A stretch of DNA of 64,000 nt, from positions 3,596,001 to 3,660,000 of the forward strand of contig NC_092348.1 in NCBI RefSeq assembly GCF_963676685.1, written 5' to 3'. The translations under genes were made by a program, and so were the position numbers. A model generated the notes under the pieces. The model did no database searches and had not been told where the DNA came from. It saw nothing but the letters and a program-made list of their open reading frames with translations. Below, one piece after another: positions 12,001 through 24,719 of the stretch (position 1 is the first letter of the stretch; each line of letters opens with the position of its first letter). This DNA is from Mytilus edulis (Eukaryota).

Positions 12001-15000
12001 TTGAAATGTTGTTTGACAAAGGAGTGGATTATAATAAATGTAACAATGATGGACAGTCACCTTTTATGTGCGCTTGTGAAAGTGGAAATAAAGAAATAGT
12101 TAAAATGTTGTTAGACAAAGGAGTAGATTATAATAGATGTGACAATGTTGGACAGTCACCTTTAAGGTGGGCTTGTGAAAAAGGATATACAGAATTAGTG
12201 AAAATGTTGTTAGACAAAGGAGTAGATTATAATAAATGTAACAATGATGGACAGTCACCTTTCATGTGCGCTTGTGAACATGGATGTAAAGAAATAGTTA
12301 AAATGTTGTTAGACAAAGGAGTAGATTATGATAAATGTGACAATTATGGACAGTCACCTTTCATGTGCGCTTGTGAAAATGGATATTTAGAAATAGTTAA
12401 AATGTTGTTAGACAGAGGAGCAGATTATAATCAAAGTAACTTTCATGAATGGTCACCTTTAATATTTGCCTGTGCCATTGGACATACACAAATAGTTAAA
12501 ATGATTTTAGACAAAGGAGGAGATTATGATAAATGTAACAATGATGAACAGACACCTTTAATGTTGGCTTGTAAAAAAGGATTTACAGAAATAGTCAAAA
12601 TTTTGTTAGACAAAGGAGTAGATTATAATAAATGTAACAACGATGGACAGTCACCTTTTATGTGCGCTTACGAAAATGGATATAAAGAAATAGTTAAAAT
12701 GTTGTTAGACAAAGGAGTAGATTATGATAAATGTGACTATGATGGACAGTCACCTTTTATGTGGGCTTGTGAACAGGGATATACAGAAATAGTTAAAATC
12801 TTGTTAGACAAAGGAGTAAATTATAATAAATGTGACAATGTTGGACAGCCACCTTTAATGTGGGCTTGTGAACAGGGATATACAGAAATAGTTAAAATGT
12901 TGTTAGACAAAGTAGTAGATTATAATGAATGTGACAATGATGGACAGTCACCTTTAATGTGGGCTTGTGTAAAAGGATATACAGAAATAGTTAAAATGTT
13001 GTTAGACAAAGGAGTAGATTATAATAAATGTGACAATAATGGACAGTCACCTTTAATGTGGGCTTGTAAAAAAGGATATACAGAAATAGTTAAAATGTTG
13101 TTAGACAAAGGAGCAGATTATGATAAATGTAACAATGATGGACAGTCACCCTTTATGCGTGCTTGTGCAAATAAACATAAAGAAATAGTTGAAATGTTGT
13201 TAGACAAAGGAGTAGATTATGATAAATGTGACAATGATGGACAGTCACCCTTTATGTGCGCTTGTGCAAATGCATATAAAGAAATAGTTAAAATTTTGTT
13301 AGACAGAGGAGCAGATTATAATAAATGTGACAATAATGGATGGTCATCTTTAATATTTACCTGTGCCATTGGACATACACAAATAGTTAAAATGTTGTTA
13401 GACAAAGGAGCAGATTATGATAAATGTAACAATGCTGGAGAATCACCTTTAATGTGCGCTTTTGAATATGGACATACAGAAATAGTTGAAATGCTGTTAG
13501 ACAGAGGAGTTGATTATGAGATATGGGACAAAAATAAAAAGACACCTTTAATGTGTGCGTGTGCCAATGGACACACAAAAGCAGTAAATATGTTGTTAGA
13601 CAGGGGCGTAGATTATAATAAATGTAACAATTATGGACAGTCACCTTTTATGTGCGCTTATGAAAATGGATATAAAGAAATAGTTAAAATGTTGTTAGAC
13701 AAAGGAGTAGATTATAATAAATGTAACAAATATGGACAGTCACCTTTAATGTGCGCTTGTGTAAATGGATATATAGAAATAGTTAAAATGTTGTTAGACA
13801 AAGGAGTAGACTATGATAAATGTGACAAAAAGGGACAGTCACCTTTAATGTGCGCTTGTGTAAATGGATATCTAGAAATAGTGAAAATGTTGTTAGACAG
13901 AGGAGCAGATTATAATCAAAGTAACATTCATGAGTGGTCACCTTTAATATTTGCCTGTGCCATTGGACATACACAAATAGTTAAAATGTTGTTAGACAAA
14001 GGAGGAGATTATGATAAATGTAACAATGATGAACAGACACCTTTAATGTTGGCTTGTAAAGATGGATTTACAAAAATAGTTAAAATGTTGTTAGACAAAG
14101 GAGTAGATTATAATAAATGTAACAATTATGGACAGTCACCTTTTATGTGCGCTTATGAAAATGGATATAAAGAAATAGTTAAAATGTTGTTAGACAAAGG
14201 AGTAGATTATAATAAATGTGACTATGATGGACAGTCACCTTTAATGTGCGCTTGTGAAAATAGATATAAAGAAATAGTTAAAATGTTGTTAGACAAAGGA
14301 GTAGATTATAATAAATGTGACTATGATGGACAGTCACCTTTAATGTGCGCTTGTGAAAATGGATATAAAGAAATAGTTAAAATGTTGTTAGACAAAGGAG
14401 TAGATTATGATAAATGTAACAATGATGAACAGACACCTTTAATGTGGGCTTGTAAAAAAGGATTTACACAAATAGTTAAAATGTTGTTAGACAAGGGAGT
14501 AGATTATGATAAATATGACAATTATGGACAGTCACCTTTAATGTGCGCTTGTGAAACTGGATATATAAAAATAGTTAAAATGTTGTTAGACAGAGGAGCA
14601 GATTATAATAAATGTGACAATGATGGACAGTCACCTTTAATGTGCGCTTGTGAAAATGGATATATAGAAATAGTTAAAATGTTGTTGGACAAAGGAGTAG
14701 ATTATGATAAATGTAACAATGATGGACAGTCACCCTTTATGTGCGCTTTTAAAAAGGAATATAAAGAAATAGTTAAAATGTTGTTAGACAAAGGAGTAGA
14801 TTATGATAAATGTGACAATGATGGACAGTCACCTTTAATGTGCGCTTGTGAAAATGGAGATATAAAAATAGTTAAAATGTTGTTAGAAAGAGGGGCAAAT
14901 TATAATCAAAGTAACATTCATGAATGGTCACCTTTAATATTTGCCTGTGCCATTGGACATACACAAATAGTTAAAATGTTGTTAGACAAAGGAGTGGATT

Positions 15001-15650
15001 ATGATAAATGTAACAATGTTGGAAAGTCACCTTTAATGTTCGCTTGTGAAAATGGATGTACAGAAATAGTTGAAATGTTGTTAGACAGAGGAGTTGATTA
15101 TGAGATATGGGACGAAAATGAAAAGACACCTTTAATGTGTGCGTGTGCCAATGGACACACAAAAGCAGTAAATATGTTGTTAGACAGAGGAGTAGATTAT
15201 AATAAATGTAACAATGATGGACAGTCACCTTTTGTGTGCGTTTGTACAAATGGATGTACAGAAATAGTTAAAATGTTGTTAGACAAAGGAGTAGACTATA
15301 ATAAATGTAACAATGATGGACAGTCACCTTTAATGTGCGCTTGTGAAAATGGATATATAGAAATAGTTAAAATGTTGTTAGACAAAGGAGTAGATTATGA
15401 TAAATGTGACAATGATGGACAGACACTTTTAATGTTGGCTTGTAAAAAAGGATTTACAAAAATAGTTAAAATGTTGTTAGACAAAGGAGTAGATTATAAT
15501 AAATGTAACAATTATGGACAGTCACCTTTTATGTGCGCTTATGAAAATGGATATAAAGAAATAGTTAAAATGTTGTTAGACAAAGGAGTAGATTATAATA
15601 AATGTGACTATGATGGACAGTCACCTTTAATGGTCGCCTGTGAAAATTGA
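9058..15650 (+). CDS. NLR-like gene copy 1: terminal exon encoding a STAND-class (nSTAND3-like) NTPase and 54 complete ankyrin repeats
   Basis: TTTTAG acceptor at 9056-9057 in frame with the 2182-aa ORF; Walker A VTITASSGVGKT, Walker B LFVIDDLCG, sensor-1-like KIIVACR, CFP at the GxP position; ankyrin repeats from 10281; ends at a TGA that replaces a Gly codon. Confidence 0.92.
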
Positions 15651-16770
15651 TATATAGAAATAGTTAAAATGTTGTTAGACAAAGGAGTAGATTATGATAA
15701 ATGTGACAATGATGGACAGTCACCTTTAATGTGCGCTTGTAAAAATGGATATATAGAAATAGTGAAAATATTGTTAGACAGAGGAGCAGATTATAATCAA
15801 AGTAACATTCATGAGTGGTCACCTTTAATATTTGCCTGTGCCATTGGACATACACAAATATTTAAAATGTTGTTAGACAAAGGAGGAGATTATGATAAAT
15901 GTAACAATGATGAACAGACACCTTTAATGTTGGCTTGTAAAAAAGGATTTACAGAAATAGTTAAAATGTTGTTAGACAAAGGAGTAGATTATGATAAATG
16001 TAACAATGATGGACAGACACCTTCAATGTGGGCTTGTAAAAAAGGATTTACAGAAATAGTTTAAATGTTGTTAGACAAAGGAGTAGATTATAATAAATGT
16101 AACAATGATGGACAGTCACCTTTTAATGTGCGCTTGTGAAAATTGATGTACAAAAATAGTTAAAATGCTGTTAGACAGAGGAGTTGATAATGAGATACGG
16201 GACAAAAATGAAAAACACCTTTAATGTGTGTGTGTGCCAATGGACAAACAAAAGCAGTAAATATGTTGTTAGACAGAGGAGTAGATTATAATGAATGTGA
16301 CAATGTTGCACAGACACCTTTAATGTACACCTGTATACATAGACAAACAGAAATAGTAAACATTTTGTTAGACAGAGGAGTCGATTATAATAAATGTGAT
16401 AAGGATGGACAGTCACCTTTAAATTGCGCTTGTGCCAATGGACACAAAGATATTGTTATAATCAATGTAACAAGGATAATCAGACACCTTTAATATGTGC
16501 TTGTTGACATGGTCATTTAGAAATCGTAGTAATATTTTTAGACAAAGGAGTAGATTATAATAGAAGTGAAAGTGATGATCAGACACCTTTGATATCGGCC
16601 TGTGCTTATGGACATACATAAATAGTAAACCTGTTGCTAGACAGAGGTGTACTGACGTAGTCATGATAATGTTCGACAGTGAAGTATATTATAACAAATG
16701 TAAAAATGCTAAACCGACACTTTATGCGTGATTGTGCTAACGGACACACAAAAATCGCACCCTTGCTCTA
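10281..16770 (+). repeat. Coding tandem array of 99-bp ankyrin units (about 65, including degenerate units after the stop)
   Basis: Strict 99-bp phase checked at 11856, 12450, 13341, 13935, 14925 and 15816; one early unit is 9 bp short; consensus QSPLMCACENGYxEIVKMLLDKGVDYNKCNNDG. Confidence 0.95.
15651..16770 (+). pseudogene. Decaying ankyrin units downstream of the copy 1 stop codon
   Basis: In-frame continuation to TAA 16062-16064, then a +1 T frameshift at about 16121, TGA 16144, further indels and an internal deletion near 16455. Confidence 0.85.
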
Positions 16771-18326
16771 CCTACGGTAGACAGAGCTCCTGGATAATAA
16801 ATGAGAAATATCGATATTATAGGTAGCAATTTCGCTAGTTTTTATTTGATGTGACTTTATTTGACATTTTTTACTGGTGTTCAAAAACGTTTGAGTGCAA
16901 TTTGAAGGGCAGACTGAAGACATTGGAATGAAAGTCAAAAACAGAACATTTTAATCAGACAATGAAAAAATCTAGATAGCTTTAGAGGGAAAAAATTGCA
17001 ATGTACATAAAAATAAATAGAGAGAGGTTTAGAATTGATGGGCGATTAACAAACTGTCAGACAGGAGATCGCATTGCTACTTATGGTCCGATCCCAGCAC
17101 TTCTTATTGGTAAATATAGAGCGATTGTTCTCCACATGTGTCAAGAAGACACACAAAACAATCAAATGCATAAAAATGTATACATGAGGGGAATAAGCTT
17201 TTTGAATACCCAATTGCAAATGACTGGGTCAGTAGAACGTGCGGCGGCATTTGGCAAACATCTTATTACTGTACTGCTTTTTTGAACGACTGGATTTGTT
17301 ACGCCTTTGGAAATCCAGCCACGGGGCACAACTATGTAATGCTGATTTTGTCTCTTTCAGTGCAGATAGCCAATCAGAACCCGATTCAGACTCAAACGGC
17401 ACATCTAGTCATCGGGAAAATTAGCAAATTTGATAAACCCAAATTATTAGATCATTCAAATTCATAAAACAACTTTCATCCAAACACAAATAATTGAAAC
17501 TGAAATGAAATAAGACAGTAACATGCAATAAAATCAATCAAGCCAAAAAAAAAAAAACCACGAGAAAGCTGTTTCCACAGATGAAAAGAGGCAGTTTATA
17601 AAAGCTAAACAACTTAAAGTTCAAAAGGTCAAACAACTGCCTTCTATCGCTCAGCAAAGCAAGCAACACTTCTTAAACGAAGCTTTAAGATCTCGTACTC
17701 AAGCACAAAATAGTGAAACAAAAAAGTCAATAAACAAAAAAACTCCTACTGATGACCTGCAAGAAAGAAAGAGAAAGAAAAAACAACAGTATGTTAAATT
17801 CCTGTTAAAAAGAAAAGAAACTTTCACTTTACATTTGTATGTTTTTAATTTCATTCAATATGTATTTCATATTTGTGTTTGCTTTATAAAATAACCATAG
17901 ACTGTGTTTATTAAATTATGACTTTATTAATATTAATATAAACATAGTTTTTGAATGTGATGTCTTTATAAATGATTGAATGCATTCAAAGAAGAAGAAA
18001 TTACATACATGTAAACAGTTATCTAAAAATCTGTAAAATATTTCAACTATAGCTAAACCTCTAAACGAAGACTGTTTAGTAATTGAAAACGTTTTTGTAA
18101 ATAAAGAGAAAAGAACTTTATCTAAATTCAAACACTGTTATGTCCTTTTAACTGGATTTGTATTCATCAACTGTAAAAAAAAAAAAAGCAATAGTTCTGT
18201 AAAATATTCTGTTGATATGTCCTATAGTATTCACTTAAAATATATCGTTATTAGTTCGGCAACTATTCAGGTGAGCATTCCTTGAAATCTCACAAAAAAT
18301 ATATAGTTTTTATAAACGGTAAATGT

Positions 18327-18661
18327 GTGCTGGTGGACGTTTCGTCCCGATGGTATCACCAGCCAGTAGTCAGCACTTCGGTGTTGACATGAATATCAAT
18401 TATGTGGTCATTTTTATAAAATATTTCCTGTTTACAAAACTTTAAATTTATCGAAAAACTAAGGATTTTCTTACTCCATGCATATATTATCTTAGCCGTT
18501 GTTGGCACAACTTTTTGGAATTATGGATCCTCAATGCTCTTCCAATTTTTTACGTGTTTGGCTTGATAACTATTTTGATATGAGCGTCACTGATGAGTCT
18601 TATGTAGACGAAACGCGCGTCTGGCGTACTTAACTATAATCCTGGTACCTTTGATAACTGG
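18327..18661 (+). mobile_element. Non-LTR retrozyme monomer (TATGT-loop subfamily)
   Basis: Absent at the matching site in duplication copy B (about 23706); contains a hammerhead core. Confidence 0.8.
18584..18627 (+). ncRNA. Type I hammerhead ribozyme, intact core
   Basis: GCGTCA-CTGATGA-GTCT(TATGT)AGAC-GAAA-CGCGCG-TC-TGGCGT: conserved CUGAUGA and GAAA core, stem II, palindromic stem III, GUC cleavage triplet and stem I pairing. Confidence 0.88.
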
Positions 18662-18799
18662 TTATGCTTAATAAACTCTCAAAGTCCATTTCTCTAGGAT
18701 GTCAACTTACAAATTTCCATATATGGGTACAATCAGTCGAAATATCAATGTCAAAAAATAATGCTGTGTCAAAACTATATCGTCCCATAACTCTTGTAT

Positions 18800-20003
18800 T
18801 CAATTCATTGGTTTACTTCGTATTTAGCTGATAGACATCAAGTAGTATCAATTTCAAATACTTTTTCAGATGTATCTACATTAAAAGCAGGTGTAGCTCA
18901 AGGGTCCGTTTTAGGTCCTATATTATTCTTAATATTTATTAATGATTTGCCTTTGTGTAATCCTAATCCTAATCTTGATCTTTTTGCTGATGATAGCACT
19001 ATTTCTGTAATTGGAAAAGACAAAAGGTATATTATTCAGACACTCAATGTTGTATTAGAAAATATTTGTCAATGGGTTGATGAAAACAAAATGTTAGTTA
19101 ATGTGTCAAAAACTAAGACAATGTGTATAGGTTCAAAACAAAAACTGTCTGTGATGTGTAATGACACATTAAATGTATCCATTAATGGCCAAAAGGTTAA
19201 TGAAAGTCACTGTGAAAAAGTCCTGGGTATTTTTGTTGACAAAACTCTTTCTTGGTATGATCAAATTAATCATATAATCAAAAAGTTAATTCTTCATTAG
19301 CTTTATTAAAAAGAATCAAGAAATACTTGAATCACAATGCACGAATTCTATTTTACAATGCGTATATTCTTCCACATTTGGATTACTGCTGTTCAGTATG
19401 GGGAAACTGTAACAAGTTTTTAGTTGACAGTTTACTAAAATTGCAAAAAAGGGCAGCTAGAATTATTTTTAACGAACACGATATTCGTAAACCATCTTTT
19501 GAACTATTTAAGGAATCTGGAATTATTCCTGTTACTAAGAGAATATTTGACCACAAATCATTATTAATGTATAAATCAAAACACCAACTGGCACCAAAAT
19601 ATTTATCCAATCTTATTGTGCCTACAAGTAGTAAACAATCGTACAATACTCGGCTTTCATCATCGGATAATTTTATTGTCCCTAAATCAAATACAGAATT
19701 ATACAAATCAAGTTTTTCTTTTAGTGGTCCAAAAATGTGGAATTCACTGTCCAGTGAAATTAAAAAATCAAAAGGTATATCTGCATTCAAAAACTCTTAC
19801 AAGTCATTTTATTTTTAAAAGTGTTGAATTTATAAGTTAAGGCACAATGTATACCATAGTTGTTTTTGTTGTTGTTGTTATATTACTTTATATAGGTCTA
19901 TTGTTTACATGTGTGTTATAGTAGATTAATTATTATTTTATTCATATTGTTAACATTGTATATGTAGAGAGCCTTATTGAAAATTGTTTTAATCCAAATG
20001 AGC
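18800..20003 (+). mobile_element. 5'-truncated CR1/L2-type LINE (RT domain and 3' UTR) running into the gap
   Basis: WFTSYLADR, GVAQGSVLGPILFLIFINDLP, LFADD, YILPHLDYCCSVWG, LQKRAARII, GPKMWNSL; one frameshift in an A-run at about 19280; absent from duplication copy B. Confidence 0.9.
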
Positions 20004-20145
20004 NNNNNNNNNNNNNNNNNNNNNNNNNNNNNNNNNNNNNNNNNNNNNNNNNNNNNNNNNNNNNNNNNNNNNNNNNNNNNNNNNNNNNNNNNNNNNNNNN
20101 NNNNNNNNNNNNNNNNNNNNNNNNNNNNNNNNNNNNNNNNNNNNN
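20004..20145. other. Assembly gap (142 N)
   Basis: Run of n characters. Confidence 1.
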
Positions 20146-20487
20146 GAATTCTCCTAGAACTATTCAGTTGTTAATATCCCATATTATGCACATGTTGATT
20201 GTAAAAAATAGCTCAGATAACAACAAAACTTGTTAATCAAAACTATTGTTGTTGTTGTTATTTACATACATGTTTACATCTATTTCCTACAATGATCAAA
20301 CGTAAAACAACAAAAATACCTAGCTCTCCGAGGAAAATTCAGAACAGTCGTCCCTTATCAAATGACAAAAGCGCAAACACATAAAACGAATGTATAACAA
20401 CTGCCATAGTCCTGACTTAGTACAGACATTTTTTAATGTAGAAAATGGTGAATTAAACCTGGTTTTATACATGTTTTAGGTAGATAA

Positions 20488-20805
20488 TAAATAAACTCAT
20501 CATAGATACCAGGACTAAATTGAGTATGTTACCCAGACGCGCGTTTCGTCTACAAAAGACTCATCAGTGACGCTCGAATCCAAAAAAAGTTTAAAAGGCC
20601 CAATAAAGTACGAAGTTGAAGAGCATTGAGAACCAAAATTCCTAAAAGTTTTGCCAAATACCGCTAAGGTGATCTATGCCTAAGGTAGAAAAGCCTTAGT
20701 ATTTCAAAAAATTCAAAAATCTGTAAACAGTAAATTTATAAATATTATCAAATCAATGACAATTCATGTCAGCACAAAAAGTGCTGACGACTAGGCTTGT
20801 GATAA
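20488..20805 (-). mobile_element. Retrozyme monomer (TTTGT-loop subfamily) with a hammerhead at 20531-20575
   Basis: Minus strand reads GAGCGTCA-CTGATGA-GTCTTTTGTAGAC-GAAA-CGCGCG-TC-TGGGTA; core intact, stem I weakened; matches 22146-22500. Confidence 0.85.
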
Positions 20806-22145
20806 ACCTCTCCCTTGCATGACAGTCGCATAAAATTTCATTGTATTCCCGACGATGTGAAAACAAAACAAACAGACATATGTACCCTCAATTTATGAAT
20901 TAAATCATAGATTTTTGTATTATTCAAAATTATCAGTAAATTCTATGTTCTAAAAGTATCATTTGTCCTTCGCCTTTCATCTGATACCTTTATATGCAAA
21001 ATATATACTACATAGTTTAAGTTTACACCTGTGCGTAGGAACTATTTTGTTTTAAATATGTACTACTTTCCAGTATGTTATTTTTCGACCGGGCCCGATT
21101 GTTTGGTGTCACATCTTACAAAGTATATCCAAATCATTTGTGCAAAGAATTCCACTTAAGCCATTCTTATGGGTCGTCTTTACCTTACATTGAGGTGAGA
21201 GTTTGATTCCAGTTGATGTCTCACTGTGACTTTGAGATGACGAAGAGCAATACAAGTGTTGTTCATTTGCTTTTTGTATGTTTTTATGTTGTGCATTTAT
21301 TGAGTGTGTGTCAAGGATGGATACCCCATAGCCTTTGTTTTTGTATTGTTATAGGTAAAAATTCAAAAAATAGGGGTACAGAAGTCAACATTGTGTTATC
21401 ATCTAAATCACTATAAAGATTTTTTTCAAAATTTCAAGAAAGAATCACAAAAAGACATATAGACAAGCAAATTCGTCAAATTGAAAGACAAGAATACAAA
21501 AATTTACCATAGCGCAATAGCACAATGACGGTAGGTATAAGTACCCAGCCACATCAAATGGGTTTTACCAAAACATGATTAAACATTAAAGGTAATATTC
21601 ACAAAGACAAATTGAAGAATCGTACGTTATTAAGATGATAAGAAACGTCAGTACCTAAAATCTCTACGTCAAGACCAAAGTGCACCATTTGTGATGTCCT
21701 ATCATGATTTTCTTGATAGAGGGTTGCTGCTCACAAGAAAGCTATTAAACCAAGGGTTCCAAATGGTGAAGTTGAAATCGTTCCTTTGTAAATTTTACGG
21801 ACGCCATCACGAGTTGGTTGACCGTTATGAAATAACCGTTTCACAAATGATATCGGATATGTTCCTTACGTCTTAACTACAATCCCCTCACCTTTCATGA
21901 ATGTGACCTACCGAATTAGACTATTTACCAGATTTGTTATCACGTAAGAAACACGACGGGTGCCACAGGTGGAGCAGGATCTGCTTACCCATCCGGAGCA
22001 CCTGAGATCGCCTCTATTTTTTGGTAGGGTTTGTGTTGCTTATTCTTTAGTTTTCTTTGTTGTGTCATGTGTAGTATTGTTTGTCTGTTTGTCTTTTTCA
22101 TTTTTAGCCATGGCGTTGTCAGTTTATTTTCAATTGATGAGTATA

Positions 22146-22796
22146 TAAACTCATCATAGATACCAGGACTAAATTTAGTATATACGCCAGACGCGCGTTT
22201 GTCTACAAAAGACTCATCAGTGACGCTCGAATCTAAAAAAGTTAAAAAGGCCAAATAAAGTACGAAGTTGAAGAGCATTGAGGACCAAAATTCCTAAAAG
22301 TTTTGCCAAATACAGCTAAGGTAATCTATGCCTGAGGTAGAACAGCCTTAGTATTTCAAAAATTTGTAAACAGTCAATTTATAAATATAACCATATCAAC
22401 GACAATGCATGTCAGCACAAATAGTGCTGACTGCTGGGCTTGTGATACCCTCGTGGAAATAAATCTCCACCAGCAGTGGCATCGACCCAGTGGTTGTAAA
22501 TAAACTCATCATAGATACCAGGACTAAATTTAGTATATACGCCAGACGCGCGTTTCGTCTACAAAAGACTCATCAGTGACGGTCGAATCCAAAAAAGTTA
22601 AAAAGGCCAAATAAAGTACGAAGTTGAAGAGCATTTAGGACCAAAATGCCTAAAAGTTTTGCCAAAATACAGCTAAGATAATCTATGCCTGAGGTAGAAA
22701 AGCCTTAGTATTTCAAAAAAATCAATTTATGTCAGCACAAATAGTGCTGACTACTGTGCTTGTGATACCCCCGGGGAAATAAATCTCCACCAGCAG
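22146..22796 (-). mobile_element. Tandem retrozyme pair, 355-bp period
   Basis: Unit landmarks at 22146 and 22501; each unit has a hammerhead (22184-22226 lacks the G of GAAA; 22539-22582 has an intact core). Confidence 0.88.
22539..22582 (-). ncRNA. Type I hammerhead ribozyme, intact core
   Basis: Minus strand CCGTCA-CTGATGA-GTCT(TTTGT)AGAC-GAAA-CGCGCG-TC-TGGCGT. Confidence 0.87.
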
Positions 22797-24719
22797 GAGT
22801 TCAACTGTTCCTTAGGTACCTTTCGTCCCGCTTTTGTGAAGATGAAATTGAATATTTATCAAGAAGGTCTTGGTACCTTGTTCCTCATAAAGGTCAAGAC
22901 GACACACACAAAACAATAAAATGCATTAAAAATGCCTACAAGACGGCAATAAGCTTTTTGAATGCCAAATTGCAAATGACTTGGTCAGTAGAACGCGTGC
23001 GCATTTGGCAAACATCTAATTACTGTACTGCTTGTTTGAACAAATGGTTTTGTTACGCCTTTGCAGATCCAGCCATAGGGCACAATAATGTAATGCTGAT
23101 TTTATCTCTTTCAGTGCAAACAGCCAATCAGAATCCGATTCAGATTCAGACAACACATCTAGTCATTGAGAAAAAGAGCAAATTTGATAAATCAAAATTA
23201 TCATATCAGTCAAATTCATAAAACAGCTTTACATCCAAAAAATAAATAATTGAAACTGAAGAGAAATGAGACAGTAACATACAATAAAATCTATTGTCTA
23301 TTATATTATGAGTTTATTAATATTAAGACAAACATATTATTTTAATGTGATGTCTATAAATTAAATGATTGAATGGATGCAAAGAAGAAGAATTTACATA
23401 ATGTAAAGATTCATTTAAAAATAATCTGCTTGATATATCAACTATAGCGAAAAGTGTACACGAAGAGTGTCTAGTATGAAAAAACTTTTTTTGTAAAGAA
23501 AGAGAAAATAGATTTATTTAAAAACAAACACTGTTAGGTCCTTTGAACTGGTATTGTATTCAACAGCTGTAAAATTCAATAGCACTTTAAAAGATTCTAT
23601 AATATTCAATTAAAAATCTATAGTTTTCAGTTCGGCAAAAAACTATTCAGGTGATCATTTCTTGAAATCTCACAAAAGATCTATAGTTTTGATAAACGGT
23701 AAATGTCTTATGCTTAATAAACTCTCAAAGTCCATTTCTCTAGGATGTCAACTTACACATTTCAATATATGGATACAATCAGTCGAAATATCAATGTCAA
23801 CAAATAATGCTGTTTCAGAACTATATCGCCCCATAACTCTTGTATATAATGTTTTTGCTTATATAAATACTCTTAGAATTATTCAGTTGTTAACATCCAA
23901 TATTCTGCACATGTTGATTGTAAAAAAATAGCTCAGATAAAAACAAAACTTGTTAATCGAAACTATTGTTGTTAATCTTTACTTATAGTTTTACAACTAT
24001 TTCCTACAATGATCAAACGTAAAAGAACAAAATTACAGTTTTCCGAGGAAAATTCAGAACGGTCGTCCCTTATCAAATGGCAAAAGCGCAAACACATCAA
24101 ATGAATGTATAACAACTGTCATATTCCTGACTTAGTACAGACATTTTTTCGTGTTGTATGAAAGTCGCCGCATAAAATTTCATTGTATTTACAACGATGT
24201 GAAAATAAAACAAACAGACATATGAGCCCTCAATTTAAGAATTAAATCATAGATTTTTGTTTTATTTAAAATTATCAGTAAATTCTATGTTCTAAAAGGA
24301 TCATTAGTCCTTCGCATTTCATCTGATACCTTAATTATCGAAATGTATGCTACATAGTTAAAGTTTACATCCGTGCGTAGGAACTATTTTGTTTAAAATA
24401 CGTACTACTTTCCAGTATGTTATTTTTCGACCGGGCCCGATTGGGTGGTGTGACATCTTACAAAGTATATCCATTTTTTTTGTGCAAAGAATTCTGCTTC
24501 AGCCATTGTTATGGGCAGTCTTAACCTTGCAGTGACTTTGAGATGAAGAAGAGCAATACAAGTGCTGATCCTGTGCTTTTTGTATGTTTTTGTGTTGTGC
24601 ATTTACAGATTTTGTGTCATGGATGGATACCCTATAGCCTTTGTTTTTGTTTTATAATAGGTAAAAATGTCGACAATAGGGGAACAGCAGTCACTTGTGT
24701 TAAAACCTAATCACAATTA

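Larger units (their letters stand above)
21695..22832 (+). mobile_element. 5'-truncated Penelope-like family A insertion, interrupted by a retrozyme pair
   Basis: SYHDFLDRGLLLTRKLLNQGFQMVKLKS...FYGRHHELVDRY; 7-bp target duplication TTTGTGA (21688-21694 / 22833-22839), present once at the empty site near 24995. Confidence 0.8.

Noticed and set aside
15648-15650. Selenocysteine or programmed readthrough at TGA
   Set aside because: The TGA replaces a conserved Gly rather than Cys, no SECIS element was recognised, and further stops and frameshifts follow.
9058-15650. Bacterial contamination or recent transfer of an Avs-like gene
   Set aside because: Canonical GT-AG introns shared by both paralogues, and embedding in animal transposons.
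9728-16664. Minus-strand ORFs over the ankyrin gene
   Set aside because: Antisense shadows of the repetitive coding strand with no independent motifs.
10281-16770. CRISPR-like array
   Set aside because: The units are contiguous 99-bp in-frame ankyrin codons with no unique spacers, and no cas genes are present in this eukaryotic sequence.
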